Shown piece after piece: positions 47,645 to 57,990 of a DNA stretch of 64,000 nt. The stretch covers positions 2,432,001 to 2,496,000 of the forward strand of contig CBDFJF010000001.1 of NCBI GenBank assembly GCA_965248265.1, given 5' to 3'. The DNA comes from Candidatus Latescibacterota bacterium. Its GTDB lineage: Bacteria; Latescibacterota; UBA2968; UBA8231. Position numbers and translations under genes: made by a program. Positions within the stretch are counted from its first letter, which is position 1; each line of letters starts with the position of its first letter. Below the pieces are notes generated by a model. The model had not been told where the DNA came from. It saw only the letters and a program-made list of their open reading frames with translations, and did no database searches.

Positions 47645-48679
47645 TTGGCTGCTCCGAAACGTTCGGTCGGGGTGCGGTTGCTGTTTTCGGCGATCGGCTT
47701 GTTACTGGTCCTGTGGCTGCTTCCTGGCCGCGCCCCGGTGGCACCAGTCGAGAGTTATCATGTGTCCCTCGGTACGCTGGTGAAGTTCGTCCTTTACACG
47801 GACGGGGCGGCGCAAACCGCGACAGAAAGTGCGCTGGCCGAGTTCGCGCTCGTCGACTCGTTGATGAGCAGCTACTCGGCTACCAGCGAGGCCAGCCGTA
47901 TTGGGGCCCAGGCGGGCGATGAAAGAGGAGTCGTCGTCTCGGGATCCGTGATCGAGGTAATCGAACGCTCGGGTTATTTTGCCCGGACAACCGGAGGAGC
48001 CTTTGATCCAACGGTTGGAGCATTGACGGTGTTGTGGGATTTTCCTGACGCGGTAGTACCTCCAGTGGAGGCGTCGATCGATTCGGCCCGGGCACTGATC
48101 GGCTACCAGGACCTGGTGCTGGATGGTGATCGGGTGTACCTGCGTCGTCCCGGCATGCGACTCGATCTGGGTGCAGCCGCCAAAGGATACGCCGTTGACC
48201 GTGCCGTGTCAGCACTTAAAGGCGCGGGGGTCCATGCGGGTTTGGTCGAGGCCGGTGGGGATATTCGTTTCTGGGGCCAGAAACCGGATGGCGAGCCCTG
48301 GCATTTCGGTATCCGCCATCCGCGTTTTGCGGATTGCACCGTGCTGAGCGCCGATGTTGGCTTGGCGTCTCTCGCCACCTCCGGAGACTACGAACAGAGT
48401 TTTGACTATGAGCAGATCAGCTACCACCACATCCTCGACCCAGCGACGGGTTACCCCGCGCGGGGCGCCGTCAGCGTCACGGCCTGGGCGACCAGCGCCC
48501 TCGACGCGGACATTCTGTCGACGGCCCTGTTTGTCATGGGACCCGACGGTATGCGATTGGTGGAGAGTCTCGATGAGGTCGAGGCGCTGATGTTTTACGA
48601 AACAGCAGACCGGCTGGAGTATGTCTACTCACCCGGCTTGAGCGGCAGCTTGCAGTTCCCGGACTGCGCGCGCAACTGA
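47645..48679 (+). CDS. apbE: FAD:protein FMN transferase
   Basis: LGT, GAFDPTVG, DLGAAAKGYAVD, AGGD, ATSGDYE, HHILDP, ADILSTA. Confidence 0.9.
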   Translation: MAAPKRSVGVRLLFSAIGLLLVLWLLPGRAPVAPVESYHVSLGTLVKFVLYTDGAAQTATESALAEFALVDSLMSSYSATSEASRIGAQAGDERGVVVSGSVIEVIERSGYFARTTGGAFDPTVGALTVLWDFPDAVVPPVEASIDSARALIGYQDLVLDGDRVYLRRPGMRLDLGAAAKGYAVDRAVSALKGAGVHAGLVEAGGDIRFWGQKPDGEPWHFGIRHPRFADCTVLSADVGLASLATSGDYEQSFDYEQISYHHILDPATGYPARGAVSVTAWATSALDADILSTALFVMGPDGMRLVESLDEVEALMFYETADRLEYVYSPGLSGSLQFPDCARN

Positions 48680-48714
48680 CACCCCCGAACCATCTCTGAG
48701 GATTTCTCTAACCG

Positions 48715-51396
48715 ATGAAGCAGAACTGGAAGCCCTTACTCGTTTTGCTGCTACTCGTCACAGCCGTGTGGTACCTGATTCCAACAGTCGAGTTTTACGG
48801 CCTGACCGACGAAGAGTTGGCATCCAAACAGCGCAACGCCCCGGCAGAGTACTACGCGCTCCAACGCGGGGCCGTCAATCTCGGGCTCGACCTTCAGGGT
48901 GGAATCCATCTGGTGATGGAAGTCGACCTCGAAGGGCTGACGGACGAGGAGAAGAGGGACGCCGTCGATCGCGCCCAGGAAGTCATCCGCAACCGCGTCG
49001 ATCAGTTCGGTGTGGCCGAGCCGACGATTCAGCGTCAGGGCGAGAACCGCATCATCGTCGAGCTGCCTGGTTTGCAGGACGTCGAGCGCGCCAAAGGCCT
49101 GATCGGGCAGACGGCGCTGCTGGAGTTCCAGCTGTTGGAGCCGGATGAAGACCGCAACAGACTCGTGCAGCGTGTCAGTACCGTCATTGCCGCACGAGGA
49201 CAGGATTCCACCGAGGAGGAGGAGAGTGCGGCGGTCACGGACACGACCGACAGTGAGGCGGAAACTCCGAGTCTGTTCGACACGGAATCGGAGCAGGATG
49301 TCAACTTGTTCGACGAGACCGCGGAGACATCCCAGACGGCTACCCTGGAATCCATGTTGACGTTGTTTGGCAACGACATGCTCATCGAGCAACGCAGGCT
49401 GCCAGCCGTTAAGGCGATGCTGGCCGATCCGGTCGCCGACGGGGCTGTACCCGACGATGTCGAGTTCCTCTTCAGCAGCAAGGCCTACGAGGTGTTCGAA
49501 GGTCGTCTTGTGCGAGCATCGGAGTCCTCTTCCGGCTCGCTCTACTACGTGATGTACTTGGTGCGGAAAAAGCCGGAAATGACCGGTAACCTGGTCGAGA
49601 CCGCCTTCGTGTCTATTGGTCAGAACGTGGAATACCTGGGCCAGCCGATCGTCAATTTCGAGACCACCGATGAAGGCGTGCGGGTGTTTCGTTCAGTGAC
49701 GGGTGGGCACATCGGCGAGCGACTCGGTATCGTCCTCGACGGGGCCGTCTACTCAGCTCCCACCATCCAGACAAAGATCTACAACGGGCGCTCCATCATC
49801 ACCGGCAGTGGCACAGAAGAGGAAGCCAAGGACCTCGGCATCGTCCTGCGCGCCGGCGCTCTTCCCGCCCGCGTGGAGATTATCGAGGACCGCACGGTCG
49901 GTCCTTCGTTGGGCCACGACTCGATCGAGCAAGGCAAGGTGGCCGGCCTCATCAGCATGATCATGATCGCCGTGTTCATGGTCCTCTACTACCGTCTGGC
50001 GGGCGTGATTGCCGATATCGCACTGACCCTCAACATGGTGTTCGTGCTGGCGGTGTTGGCTGGCTTCCACGCCACGCTGACGCTGCCGGGCATAGCCGGC
50101 ATCATCCTGACCATAGGCATGGCCGTCGATGCCAACGTCCTCATCTTCGAGCGCATTCGCGAAGAGCTGCGCGCCGGCAAGACGGTACGCGCCGCCATCG
50201 ACAGCGGTTACAACAATGCCCTGTCCGCCATCGTCGACGCCAATCTGACGACGTTCATCGTCGGCCTCGTGCTCTACGAGTTCGGCACTGGTCCGATCCG
50301 CGGATTCGCCTTGACGCTGTGCATCGGCATCGTTTCCAGTTTGTTCACCGCCTTCATCGTGACCCGATTGATCCTCGAGTTGCTTACCGCGAGGTCACAA
50401 TCCGCGACGCTCAGCATCGGCCCGGTGAACATCCTCGCCAACGTCCGTATCCGCTTCTTGTCCATGCGTAAGGCTGCCTTGGTGGCATCCGGCGGAGTCT
50501 TCGCGATCGGCCTGATATCCGTGATCGGGATCAACCACCTGAAGCCAGGTATCGATTTCGCCGGCGGCACGCTGCTGGAGCTTCATTTCGACCCGCCGGC
50601 AAGCGTCGAGCAAATCCGCGATCTCCTCGATGAGGTCGAACTCGGAGGCGGCACGGCGGACCTGAGTGCGAGTGAAATAAAGAAGTTCGGCTCTGACAAC
50701 GACATCATCATTCGCCTTTCCGAATCCGAGAGCGGCACCGATGTGGCGGACGGGATCAAGCAGGTGTTGAAGTCCGGCCTTGGCGCCAACATTCAGAATG
50801 ACCTTGAATGGGTGCGCCGGCAGGAAAAGGTGGGACCCAAGATCGGCTTCGAACTGCGCGAGAAAGCCCTCCAGGCGGTGTTGACGTCGCTCGTGCTTAT
50901 TCTCGTTTACATGGCCTGGCGGTTCCGGCAGTTCCTTTTCGGTATTGCCGCTGTCGTTGCGCTCTTTCACGACGTCCTGATCACACTGGGATTGCTCTCG
51001 GTGCTGGATATTGAGATCACCCTCGCCGTCGTCGCCGCCCTGCTTGCCATCGTCGGGTATTCACTCAACGATACCATCGTCGTGTTCGACCGCGTGCGCG
51101 AGAACCTGCTGGCGGGGCGCGCAAGAGACGGGTTCGCCGAAGTACTCAATCTCAGCATCAATGAGTGCCTCAGTCGTACTGCCGTGACCTCATTAACCAC
51201 CCTGGTGGCGGTGGTGGTGCTGATGACCTGGGGTGGCGAGGTAATTCGCGATTTCACGATAACCCTGTTCATCGGTATCCTCGTCGGCACCTACTCTTCC
51301 GTCTTCATCGCCAGTCCCGTGCTCTACTACGGACATGTTCGCTCTGAGACCAGCGGCGGCCGGGACGAGGGCCGCAAGAAAGACAAACGGAAGTGA
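48715..51396 (+). CDS. secDF: Fused protein translocase subunit SecDF
   Basis: LGLDLQGG, RVDQFGVAEP, GMAVDANVLIFERIREE, GIDFAGG, GYSLNDTIVVFDRVREN. Confidence 0.95.
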   Translation: MKQNWKPLLVLLLLVTAVWYLIPTVEFYGLTDEELASKQRNAPAEYYALQRGAVNLGLDLQGGIHLVMEVDLEGLTDEEKRDAVDRAQEVIRNRVDQFGVAEPTIQRQGENRIIVELPGLQDVERAKGLIGQTALLEFQLLEPDEDRNRLVQRVSTVIAARGQDSTEEEESAAVTDTTDSEAETPSLFDTESEQDVNLFDETAETSQTATLESMLTLFGNDMLIEQRRLPAVKAMLADPVADGAVPDDVEFLFSSKAYEVFEGRLVRASESSSGSLYYVMYLVRKKPEMTGNLVETAFVSIGQNVEYLGQPIVNFETTDEGVRVFRSVTGGHIGERLGIVLDGAVYSAPTIQTKIYNGRSIITGSGTEEEAKDLGIVLRAGALPARVEIIEDRTVGPSLGHDSIEQGKVAGLISMIMIAVFMVLYYRLAGVIADIALTLNMVFVLAVLAGFHATLTLPGIAGIILTIGMAVDANVLIFERIREELRAGKTVRAAIDSGYNNALSAIVDANLTTFIVGLVLYEFGTGPIRGFALTLCIGIVSSLFTAFIVTRLILELLTARSQSATLSIGPVNILANVRIRFLSMRKAALVASGGVFAIGLISVIGINHLKPGIDFAGGTLLELHFDPPASVEQIRDLLDEVELGGGTADLSASEIKKFGSDNDIIIRLSESESGTDVADGIKQVLKSGLGANIQNDLEWVRRQEKVGPKIGFELREKALQAVLTSLVLILVYMAWRFRQFLFGIAAVVALFHDVLITLGLLSVLDIEITLAVVAALLAIVGYSLNDTIVVFDRVRENLLAGRARDGFAEVLNLSINECLSRTAVTSLTTLVAVVVLMTWGGEVIRDFTITLFIGILVGTYSSVFIASPVLYYGHVRSETSGGRDEGRKKDKRK

Positions 51397-51427
51397 CCGC
51401 GACCTAGGCCGCAGCGCTTTCTTTGGC

Positions 51428-52666
51428 ATGAAGAACCTGGCCGTTTGCGGCATCGTCCTGGCCCTGGCGGCATTAGCGCCTTCGCTGCAAGCAGGATCGT
51501 TCTCCGAAGCGGCCTGGGGGCTCGGCACCCTCTTGTTGCTGGCCTTCGTTGGACAGTACGCCGCGCAGTGGATCGGACTACCGGCGATCACGGGTTGGCT
51601 GGTTGCCGGCTTTGTCGCCGGAGCAGGAGGCCTGGAGTTGGTCGTCCCGCCGGCCAACCAAACCCTGCTGACCCTCCGCACGATGGCTCTGCTGTGGTTG
51701 ACTTTTCAGGTCGGCCTCGGCGCACCGCCTCGCTGGAGTCATTCCCGTCACACCACCCTCCTCGTCGGTGGCACGCTGTTGACGCAGCTGATGGTGACGG
51801 TTGCCCTGATGTTCTCAACCGATTTTCCCCTGGACCAGGCCTTCGTGCTCGGCGCCCTCGCCTGTTTGTGGGGTCCGATCGTTCTCGCCTCTCTGTCTGA
51901 GTCCGATCAGTTGCGGGACTTGTCAGTCAAGGGTGCCGCGATCAGCCTAATAATCGTGGCCTCGACTGTAATCCTGTTGAATGTGCGCGAGGGCGGCGCC
52001 GAAGATGCCTACCACTTCGCCTCCATGCTACTGGTTTCGTGCTTGGCTGGTGCGTTGTCGACCGAACTCTTGTGGCGCTTGGGCATTCTATCGCATCGGC
52101 GCTCGGCGATTCTGGGCATGATCGGTCTGTTCTGTGTCGTGGCCGTGTTGGTGCAACCGTTGGGATTCTACGCTCTGCCCTTCGGCCTGTGCGCCGGGCT
52201 CGTCGTAGCCCATCGACAGGGCGAGGGCCGCTTGGTGTCACGGCTGTTCGACTCAGGTCGTCCGTTCAGCGCGATGGTATTCTTTGGTTTGGCCGCTGCG
52301 TCGTTGGGTGCGCACGGGCATTTGTGGCCGCTGGAAAGGGGCCTGCCGCAATTCGTCGTCATCCAGCTTGTCATCCTCATCGCTTTGCGCGGGGTGGCCC
52401 CGGCGTTGTGGTTTGCGAGTCAGATCGAGTCCGACTACGATCGACGAGACAGCTGGATGCTGATTCCCAAGGGGATATTGCTGTTTGAGCTCGTGCACGG
52501 TTCGGGAGTGCGCCTGCCCCAGTTGGTGGACGAAAGTCTCGCGCGCTTTCTGTACCAGTTGGTTGTCGCCGATCTGCTCGTCTACGCCATCGGCTTCTCC
52601 GTCGTGGCCAGTCTCTTGCAGAGGTTGCTGCCTTTACGCCTGCAGGTAGAGACGACGCCGGACTGA
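51428..52666 (+). CDS. Polytopic membrane protein, distantly cation:proton antiporter-like
   Basis: About 12 hydrophobic segments; GLPAITGWLVAG resembles the CPA2 N-terminus; ATG 51428. Confidence 0.55.
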   Translation: MKNLAVCGIVLALAALAPSLQAGSFSEAAWGLGTLLLLAFVGQYAAQWIGLPAITGWLVAGFVAGAGGLELVVPPANQTLLTLRTMALLWLTFQVGLGAPPRWSHSRHTTLLVGGTLLTQLMVTVALMFSTDFPLDQAFVLGALACLWGPIVLASLSESDQLRDLSVKGAAISLIIVASTVILLNVREGGAEDAYHFASMLLVSCLAGALSTELLWRLGILSHRRSAILGMIGLFCVVAVLVQPLGFYALPFGLCAGLVVAHRQGEGRLVSRLFDSGRPFSAMVFFGLAAASLGAHGHLWPLERGLPQFVVIQLVILIALRGVAPALWFASQIESDYDRRDSWMLIPKGILLFELVHGSGVRLPQLVDESLARFLYQLVVADLLVYAIGFSVVASLLQRLLPLRLQVETTPD

Positions 52667-52831
52667 CCCTCCCTCGAAGAGCTTTTTCATGGGCGGCTGT
52701 CCGGGTGTGGTTGCGATTGTGTGGGCTATGGCTCATTAGTACATTTAGAGATTCTGATGGTTTTTACGGATGACTCTACGATTGGCCTGTTTCGTGGGGT
52801 GCCTGTCCGGTGATGTTTCTCCTATCGCTTC

Positions 52832-53533
52832 ATGGATACGATCGCGGATACGATCGCGCGCAATTGGGCAGCAACGCAGGAGCGAGTCCTTCGGGCTGCT
52901 GAGGTTGCAGGGTGTGATCCGCTTGACATTGCGGTGGTCGCGGTTACCAAAACCCGCGCTGCGCCTGAGATGGAAGCCGTCATTCTCAGCGGAGCCAGCG
53001 CAGTGGGAGAGAACCGGATTCAGGAGGCCGACTCCAAGAAACCGCAAGTGCATGGGCCGGCGGCCTGGCATTTCGTCGGCCACTTGCAGTCGAATAAGGC
53101 CGCCAGAGCCGTGGCGCTTTTCGACCTTGTGCAAAGCGTCGACAGCGCCCGGTTGGCTCGGGCCTTGAGCCGCCACGCAGGCAATGCTGACCGTGTGTTG
53201 GATATCCTGGTACAGGTCAACACCTCGGAGGCACCCGGCCAATCCGGCATGAACATCGACGCGGTGATGCCGATGCTGGAGGAGACTGCTGAGCTCGAGC
53301 ATGTGCGGGTCCGTGGTTTGATGACGATTGGCGCGCATTCGCGCGATGAACAGCTGGTGCGCACGGGCTTCTCAACTCTTAGGACTGTGAGCGAGCGAAT
53401 CGGCCGCGCCGGCATTCCAAACGTGGAAATGCGCTACCTGTCCATGGGCATGAGCGGAGACTTTGAGTGGGCCATCGCCGAGGGAGCAAACATGCTGCGC
53501 CTCGGAACATGCCTTTTCGGCCCACGTTCTTGA
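52832..53533 (+). CDS. yggS: YggS-family PLP homeostasis protein
   Basis: VAVTK, GENRIQE, WHFVGHLQSNK, GLMTI, LSMGMSGD, LRLGT. Confidence 0.93.
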   Translation: MDTIADTIARNWAATQERVLRAAEVAGCDPLDIAVVAVTKTRAAPEMEAVILSGASAVGENRIQEADSKKPQVHGPAAWHFVGHLQSNKAARAVALFDLVQSVDSARLARALSRHAGNADRVLDILVQVNTSEAPGQSGMNIDAVMPMLEETAELEHVRVRGLMTIGAHSRDEQLVRTGFSTLRTVSERIGRAGIPNVEMRYLSMGMSGDFEWAIAEGANMLRLGTCLFGPRS

Positions 53534-53580
53534 GTTCGACAGCAGCAGCAATCTTCACCGAGTGAGGAGACAGACGGACC

Positions 53581-53865
53581 GTGTTCGATCACAGCAATTT
53601 CCTGATGGGTGTCATCGACATATTCAGCTCGCTGGTCAGCTTGTACAAATGGGTCGTCATCGTGCGCGTGCTGATCTCCTGGATCAACCCCGATCCCTAC
53701 AACCCGATCGTGCAGTTCCTTCGGGGCGTCACCGATCCCGCTCTGGACGCCATGCGACGGTTCGTTCCCAACTTCATGTGGTCGACGGGTCTCGATTTCA
53801 CGCCCTTGCTCCTCATCATCATATTGCAGGTGGTGGTGATGGCCCTCGACAGCATCTACATATAA
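53581..53865 (+). CDS. yggT: YggT-family membrane protein
   Basis: RVLISWINPDPYNPIVQFL..TDP, GLDFTP. Confidence 0.9.
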   Translation: MFDHSNFLMGVIDIFSSLVSLYKWVVIVRVLISWINPDPYNPIVQFLRGVTDPALDAMRRFVPNFMWSTGLDFTPLLLIIILQVVVMALDSIYI

Positions 53866-53872
53866 CCGACCG

Positions 53873-56800
53873 ATGCATACGGTAACCTTCGAAGATGTGC
53901 CCACCCAGGTCGAATTTCCGGCGCTGGAGGAACAGATCCTCCAGTACTGGAACAATGGAGATCTCTACGTCCGCTCCGTAGAGGATCGGGGTGCGGAGAA
54001 ACCGTTCATTTTCTACGACGGCCCTCCTTTCGCCAGTGGCCTGCCGCATTACGGCCATCTACTGGCATCTATCATCAAAGATGTCGTGCCGCGCTATTGG
54101 ACGATGCGCGGGTATCGCGTGGAACGCCGCTTTGGTTGGGATTGTCACGGCCTGCCCGTTGAAAACGAAGCCGAGCAGCAGCTGGGCCTGAAAACCCGAA
54201 AGGACATCGTCGAGTACGGTGTTCCTCGCTTCAACGAGTACTGCCGCAGTCTGGTGCTCCGCTACACAGCGGAGTGGGAAAACCTCATCAGACGCGTCGG
54301 CCGCTGGGTCGATTGGTCCGATCAGTACCACACCATGGACGTCGAGTTCATGGAATCGGTGTGGTGGGTGTTCAAGTCGTTATGGGACAAGGGACTGATT
54401 TACGAGGGCTACAAGTCCCTGGCATACTGTCCTCGTTGTGCCACGCCGCTGTCGAACTTCGAGGTGAATCAGGGCTACCGGGAAACACAGGATCCGTCAA
54501 TCACGGTGCGTTTTCGCGTCCGTGATCGAGCTGGTGAAAACCTCTCCATCCTCGCATGGACGACGACCCCGTGGACCCTGCCAAGCAACATGGCACTGGC
54601 TGTCGGACCCGAGATCGACTACGCCCGCGTCCGTCTGCATGGCGGCGAGCAGCTGATCCTGGCCAAGGCACTGATCGAGCAGGTCTTCCGCAAATCCGAT
54701 GCAGAGATCGTCGACGTCGAGGACCAGTCAGTAGATGAGCTTCTCGAGATGCGCTATGAGCCCCTGTTCGACTACTACCAGCACCTGGCTGATGAGGGAG
54801 CCTTCAGGGTGGTGGCAGGGGATTTCGTTTCGACCTCGGACGGAACCGGTGTGGTACATGTCGCACCCGGATTCGGCGAAGACGATTACCTGCTCGGACT
54901 GCGCGAGAAGCTTCCCGTCGTCTGCCCGATCGACAAAGATTGTCGTTTCACGTCCGAGATCGAAGACTACCAAGGTGAGTTCGTCAAAGACGTGGACACA
55001 CCGATAATCCGGCGGTTGCGTGCCGATGGCTCGCTCTTCGGTGAAGGCTCGATCGAGCACTCCTACCCCTACTGCTGGCGCTGCGAATCACCGCTCATCT
55101 ACCGGACCATCTCAACCTGGTTCGTCAAGGTCGAGCAGATCAAGGATCGCATGTTGGCGGCTAACTCGCAGATCTGGTGGATTCCTGAACACATCCGGGA
55201 CGGACGCTTCGGCAAATGGCTGGAAGCTGCCCGTGACTGGTCCATCAGTCGCAACCGCTACTGGGGAACGCCGCTACCCATCTGGCGCAATGAGGAAACG
55301 GGTGAACTGCACTGCATCGGCAGCCGCGCTGAGCTCGAACAATTGTGCGGACACGAGGTGACGGATCTTCACAAGCATTTTATAGACGAAATCGAAATCC
55401 CGTCGCCGACTGGCAAAGGGACCTTGCGGCGCATACCCGAAGTGCTGGATTGCTGGTTCGAGTCGGGCTCCATGCCATATGCCCAGAGCCACTATCCTTT
55501 CGAGAACGCGGACTATTTCGATGCCAATTTCCCAGCGGATTTCATCTCTGAGGGTCTCGATCAGACGCGCGGATGGTTCTACACCCTGACCGTGCTGGCG
55601 GCTGCCTTGTTCGACAAACCCGCCTTCAAGAACTGTGTCGTCTCAGGCATGCTGCTGGCCGAAGACGGCCGCAAAATGAGCAAGCGGCTCAAGAACTACC
55701 CGGAACCGTCCGAGATGGTACATACCTACGGAGCGGATGCTCTAAGGCTGTACCTGCTGAATTCTCCTGCGATCAAAGCGGAGGAGATGCGGTTGACGGA
55801 GAGCGGCATCAAACAGTCGCTGAGAGACGTTATCATACCGTTGTGGAACGCCTACAGCTTCTTCGTCACCTACGCGAAAATCGATGGGTGGACGCCGCAG
55901 GATGTCGAATCGACGCATCGACTCGATCGCTGGATCTTGTCGGAATTGCAGACCCTCGTCCATGTCATCAACACAGAGATGGAGGCCTACAGGTTGTATC
56001 GCACAGTGCCGGCGATGGTATTGTTCGTGGAGAAGCTGACGAATTGGTACATCCGCCGAAGTCGTCGACGTTTCTGGAAATCTGAGGATGACGACGACAA
56101 GAACTCAGCCTACTCGACCCTGTACCGCGTGCTCGTCACCTTCGCCAAGAGCCTGGCCCCGGTGCTGCCGTTCGTCACCGAGGCCATCTACCAGAATCTG
56201 GTTCGCCGATGGGACGCCGAGGCCCCTCAGAGTGTGCATCTGTGCGACATGCCCCAAGCCGACGAGTCGCGACGCGACGCCGGTCTGGAAGGCCAGATGC
56301 AACTGGCGACACGCGCGGTGACGCTGGGGCGTTCGTTGCGCAACAAGCACAAGCTGAAGATCCGTCAACCCCTGAGCCGCCTGTTCCTTCTCCCACCTGA
56401 CAAGAACAGGCTCGGAGAGCTGGAACAGGTAGCCGACTTGATCATGGACGAATTGAACGTCAAGGAAATCGTCATGGTCGAAGATGACACCCAGCTGAGC
56501 GAGGTTTCCTACAAGCCCAACTTCCGCGTGCTTGGACCCCGTTTCGGCAAGCGCATGGGAGAGGTGAACGCCTACCTGCAAAACCTTACTGCCGACGAGG
56601 TCGCACGATTGAATGCGGGTGAGGCACTGGCCGTGGCAGGAGGCGAAATCACCCTTGACGATGTGGAAATTCAACGGCGCGAACGCGACGATGTGTTGGT
56701 CGCCGTCGAGGGTAATCTCGGAGTCGGCCTGGACATACACCTCTCAGAAGAGCTTCTGCTGGAAGGCAGTGCGCGAGAAGTTGTGAACAGGATTCAGAGT

Positions 56801-57022
56801 ATGCGTAAGGAAGCCGAGCTGGCAGTGACCGACAGGATTCGCCTGTGGGTACAGGGTGACGCTGGCGTGACAACGGCGGTCGAGGAGCACCGGGAATACG
56901 TGTGCGCGGAAACCCTGGCGGTGGATCTGGTAACGGACGATCTTCCCGCCCAAGCCCTGTCGCAACAAACATGGGACATCAATGGTCACGAAGCGGTGAT
57001 CGCTTTACAGAAAGCCACTTAA
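53873..57022 (+). CDS. ileS: Isoleucyl-tRNA synthetase, type 2 (archaeal/eukaryote-like)
   Basis: FYDGPPFASGLPHYGH, GWDCHGLPVE, WTTTPWTLPSN, DWSISRNRYWGTPLP, DCWFESGSMP, EGLDQTRGWFY, KMSKR, WYIRRSRRRF; 1049 aa. Confidence 0.95.
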   Translation: MHTVTFEDVPTQVEFPALEEQILQYWNNGDLYVRSVEDRGAEKPFIFYDGPPFASGLPHYGHLLASIIKDVVPRYWTMRGYRVERRFGWDCHGLPVENEAEQQLGLKTRKDIVEYGVPRFNEYCRSLVLRYTAEWENLIRRVGRWVDWSDQYHTMDVEFMESVWWVFKSLWDKGLIYEGYKSLAYCPRCATPLSNFEVNQGYRETQDPSITVRFRVRDRAGENLSILAWTTTPWTLPSNMALAVGPEIDYARVRLHGGEQLILAKALIEQVFRKSDAEIVDVEDQSVDELLEMRYEPLFDYYQHLADEGAFRVVAGDFVSTSDGTGVVHVAPGFGEDDYLLGLREKLPVVCPIDKDCRFTSEIEDYQGEFVKDVDTPIIRRLRADGSLFGEGSIEHSYPYCWRCESPLIYRTISTWFVKVEQIKDRMLAANSQIWWIPEHIRDGRFGKWLEAARDWSISRNRYWGTPLPIWRNEETGELHCIGSRAELEQLCGHEVTDLHKHFIDEIEIPSPTGKGTLRRIPEVLDCWFESGSMPYAQSHYPFENADYFDANFPADFISEGLDQTRGWFYTLTVLAAALFDKPAFKNCVVSGMLLAEDGRKMSKRLKNYPEPSEMVHTYGADALRLYLLNSPAIKAEEMRLTESGIKQSLRDVIIPLWNAYSFFVTYAKIDGWTPQDVESTHRLDRWILSELQTLVHVINTEMEAYRLYRTVPAMVLFVEKLTNWYIRRSRRRFWKSEDDDDKNSAYSTLYRVLVTFAKSLAPVLPFVTEAIYQNLVRRWDAEAPQSVHLCDMPQADESRRDAGLEGQMQLATRAVTLGRSLRNKHKLKIRQPLSRLFLLPPDKNRLGELEQVADLIMDELNVKEIVMVEDDTQLSEVSYKPNFRVLGPRFGKRMGEVNAYLQNLTADEVARLNAGEALAVAGGEITLDDVEIQRRERDDVLVAVEGNLGVGLDIHLSEELLLEGSAREVVNRIQSMRKEAELAVTDRIRLWVQGDAGVTTAVEEHREYVCAETLAVDLVTDDLPAQALSQQTWDINGHEAVIALQKAT

Positions 57023-57023
57023 G

Positions 57024-57410
57024 ATGACAGAAGAAGACCTGACTTTTTTCAAGAACCTCTTGATCGAGAAGAAAGCACAGGCCAATGCCGACTTGGAGGA
57101 CCTCGAGCGCCAATCGCGCCCCGACGATGCCCAGGAATCGTCTGACGATCGCTCCGCCTATTCCCTGCACATGGCAGATCGCGGCACCGACGCGATGGAG
57201 CGCGAAAAGACGATGCTGTTTGCCCAGCGGGAAGGGGCCTACCTGGACTACCTGGATGAGGCGCTGGTGCGGGTAGAGGACGGCACCTACGGCTCCTGCC
57301 GCGTCTGCAACGGAGAGATCGGACGCGCGCGACTGGAAGCGGTTCCGACGGCGACGCAGTGTATCGACTGCAAAAGCAAGGCCGACCAAGAGGCTGCATC
57401 TGGTGAGTGA
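57024..57410 (+). CDS. dksA: TraR/DksA C4-type zinc finger protein
   Basis: HMADRGTD, GTYGSCRVC..I..ARLEAVP.ATQCIDCK. Confidence 0.85.
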   Translation: MTEEDLTFFKNLLIEKKAQANADLEDLERQSRPDDAQESSDDRSAYSLHMADRGTDAMEREKTMLFAQREGAYLDYLDEALVRVEDGTYGSCRVCNGEIGRARLEAVPTATQCIDCKSKADQEAASGE

Positions 57411-57990
57411 TCGGACGGCTCCCGATCCGACCGATCACTTTGGTGGCGATCGCACTGATCGTTTAGGACGGGGCTTGCTTTCTTCTCACCCCCGAGTCCT
57501 CTGGATCGTCCCCGCCATTCTGCTGCTGGACCAGGCATCGAAATACCTCGTCCGCCAGCTCCTGGCCCCGCATCGTCCGTGGCCAGCCGATGCCGAGTAC
57601 TTCCGGCTGACGTATATCCACAATCCCGGGGCGGCTTTCGGTCTCGATCTCGGCAATCTGCACCTTCACACGGTCATATCCGTTGTCGCCCTCGGGTTGC
57701 TGGTTTGGCTGTTCCGGTCGCTGCCCGCCGACGCCCGCCTGGCGCAGCTGGCTCTGGTGATGGTGCTTGGTGGGGCGCTCGGGAACATCGTCGATCGCCT
57801 GATTCACGATGCCGGTGTCGTCGACTTCTTTGATGTTGGGGTGAGCGAGCGCTGGCGCTGGCCGATTTTCAACGTTGCCGATTCGTTCGTAACGATCGGC
57901 ATCGCACTGCTGGCGTTGGGTTATCACCGGCATCAACCTCCGGCACAGGCTTCTCCCGTCGAGAGCGTGGATCATGCGGAGAGCCATTGA
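57403..57990 (+). CDS. lspA: Lipoprotein signal peptidase II
   Basis: DQASK, NPGAAFG, GGALGNIVDR, VVDF, FNVADS. Confidence 0.93.
   Translation: MSDRTAPDPTDHFGGDRTDRLGRGLLSSHPRVLWIVPAILLLDQASKYLVRQLLAPHRPWPADAEYFRLTYIHNPGAAFGLDLGNLHLHTVISVVALGLLVWLFRSLPADARLAQLALVMVLGGALGNIVDRLIHDAGVVDFFDVGVSERWRWPIFNVADSFVTIGIALLALGYHRHQPPAQASPVESVDHAESH

Noticed and set aside
52835-52858. 12-bp tandem duplication (DTIA-DTIA) at the yggS N-terminus
   Set aside because: In-frame slippage-type duplication in a variable region; no functional implication visible
57406-57439. 9-bp hairpin AGTGATCGG/CCGATCACT over the dksA stop and lspA start
   Set aside because: Could affect translational coupling, but such stems are common in GC-rich sequence and there is no U tract
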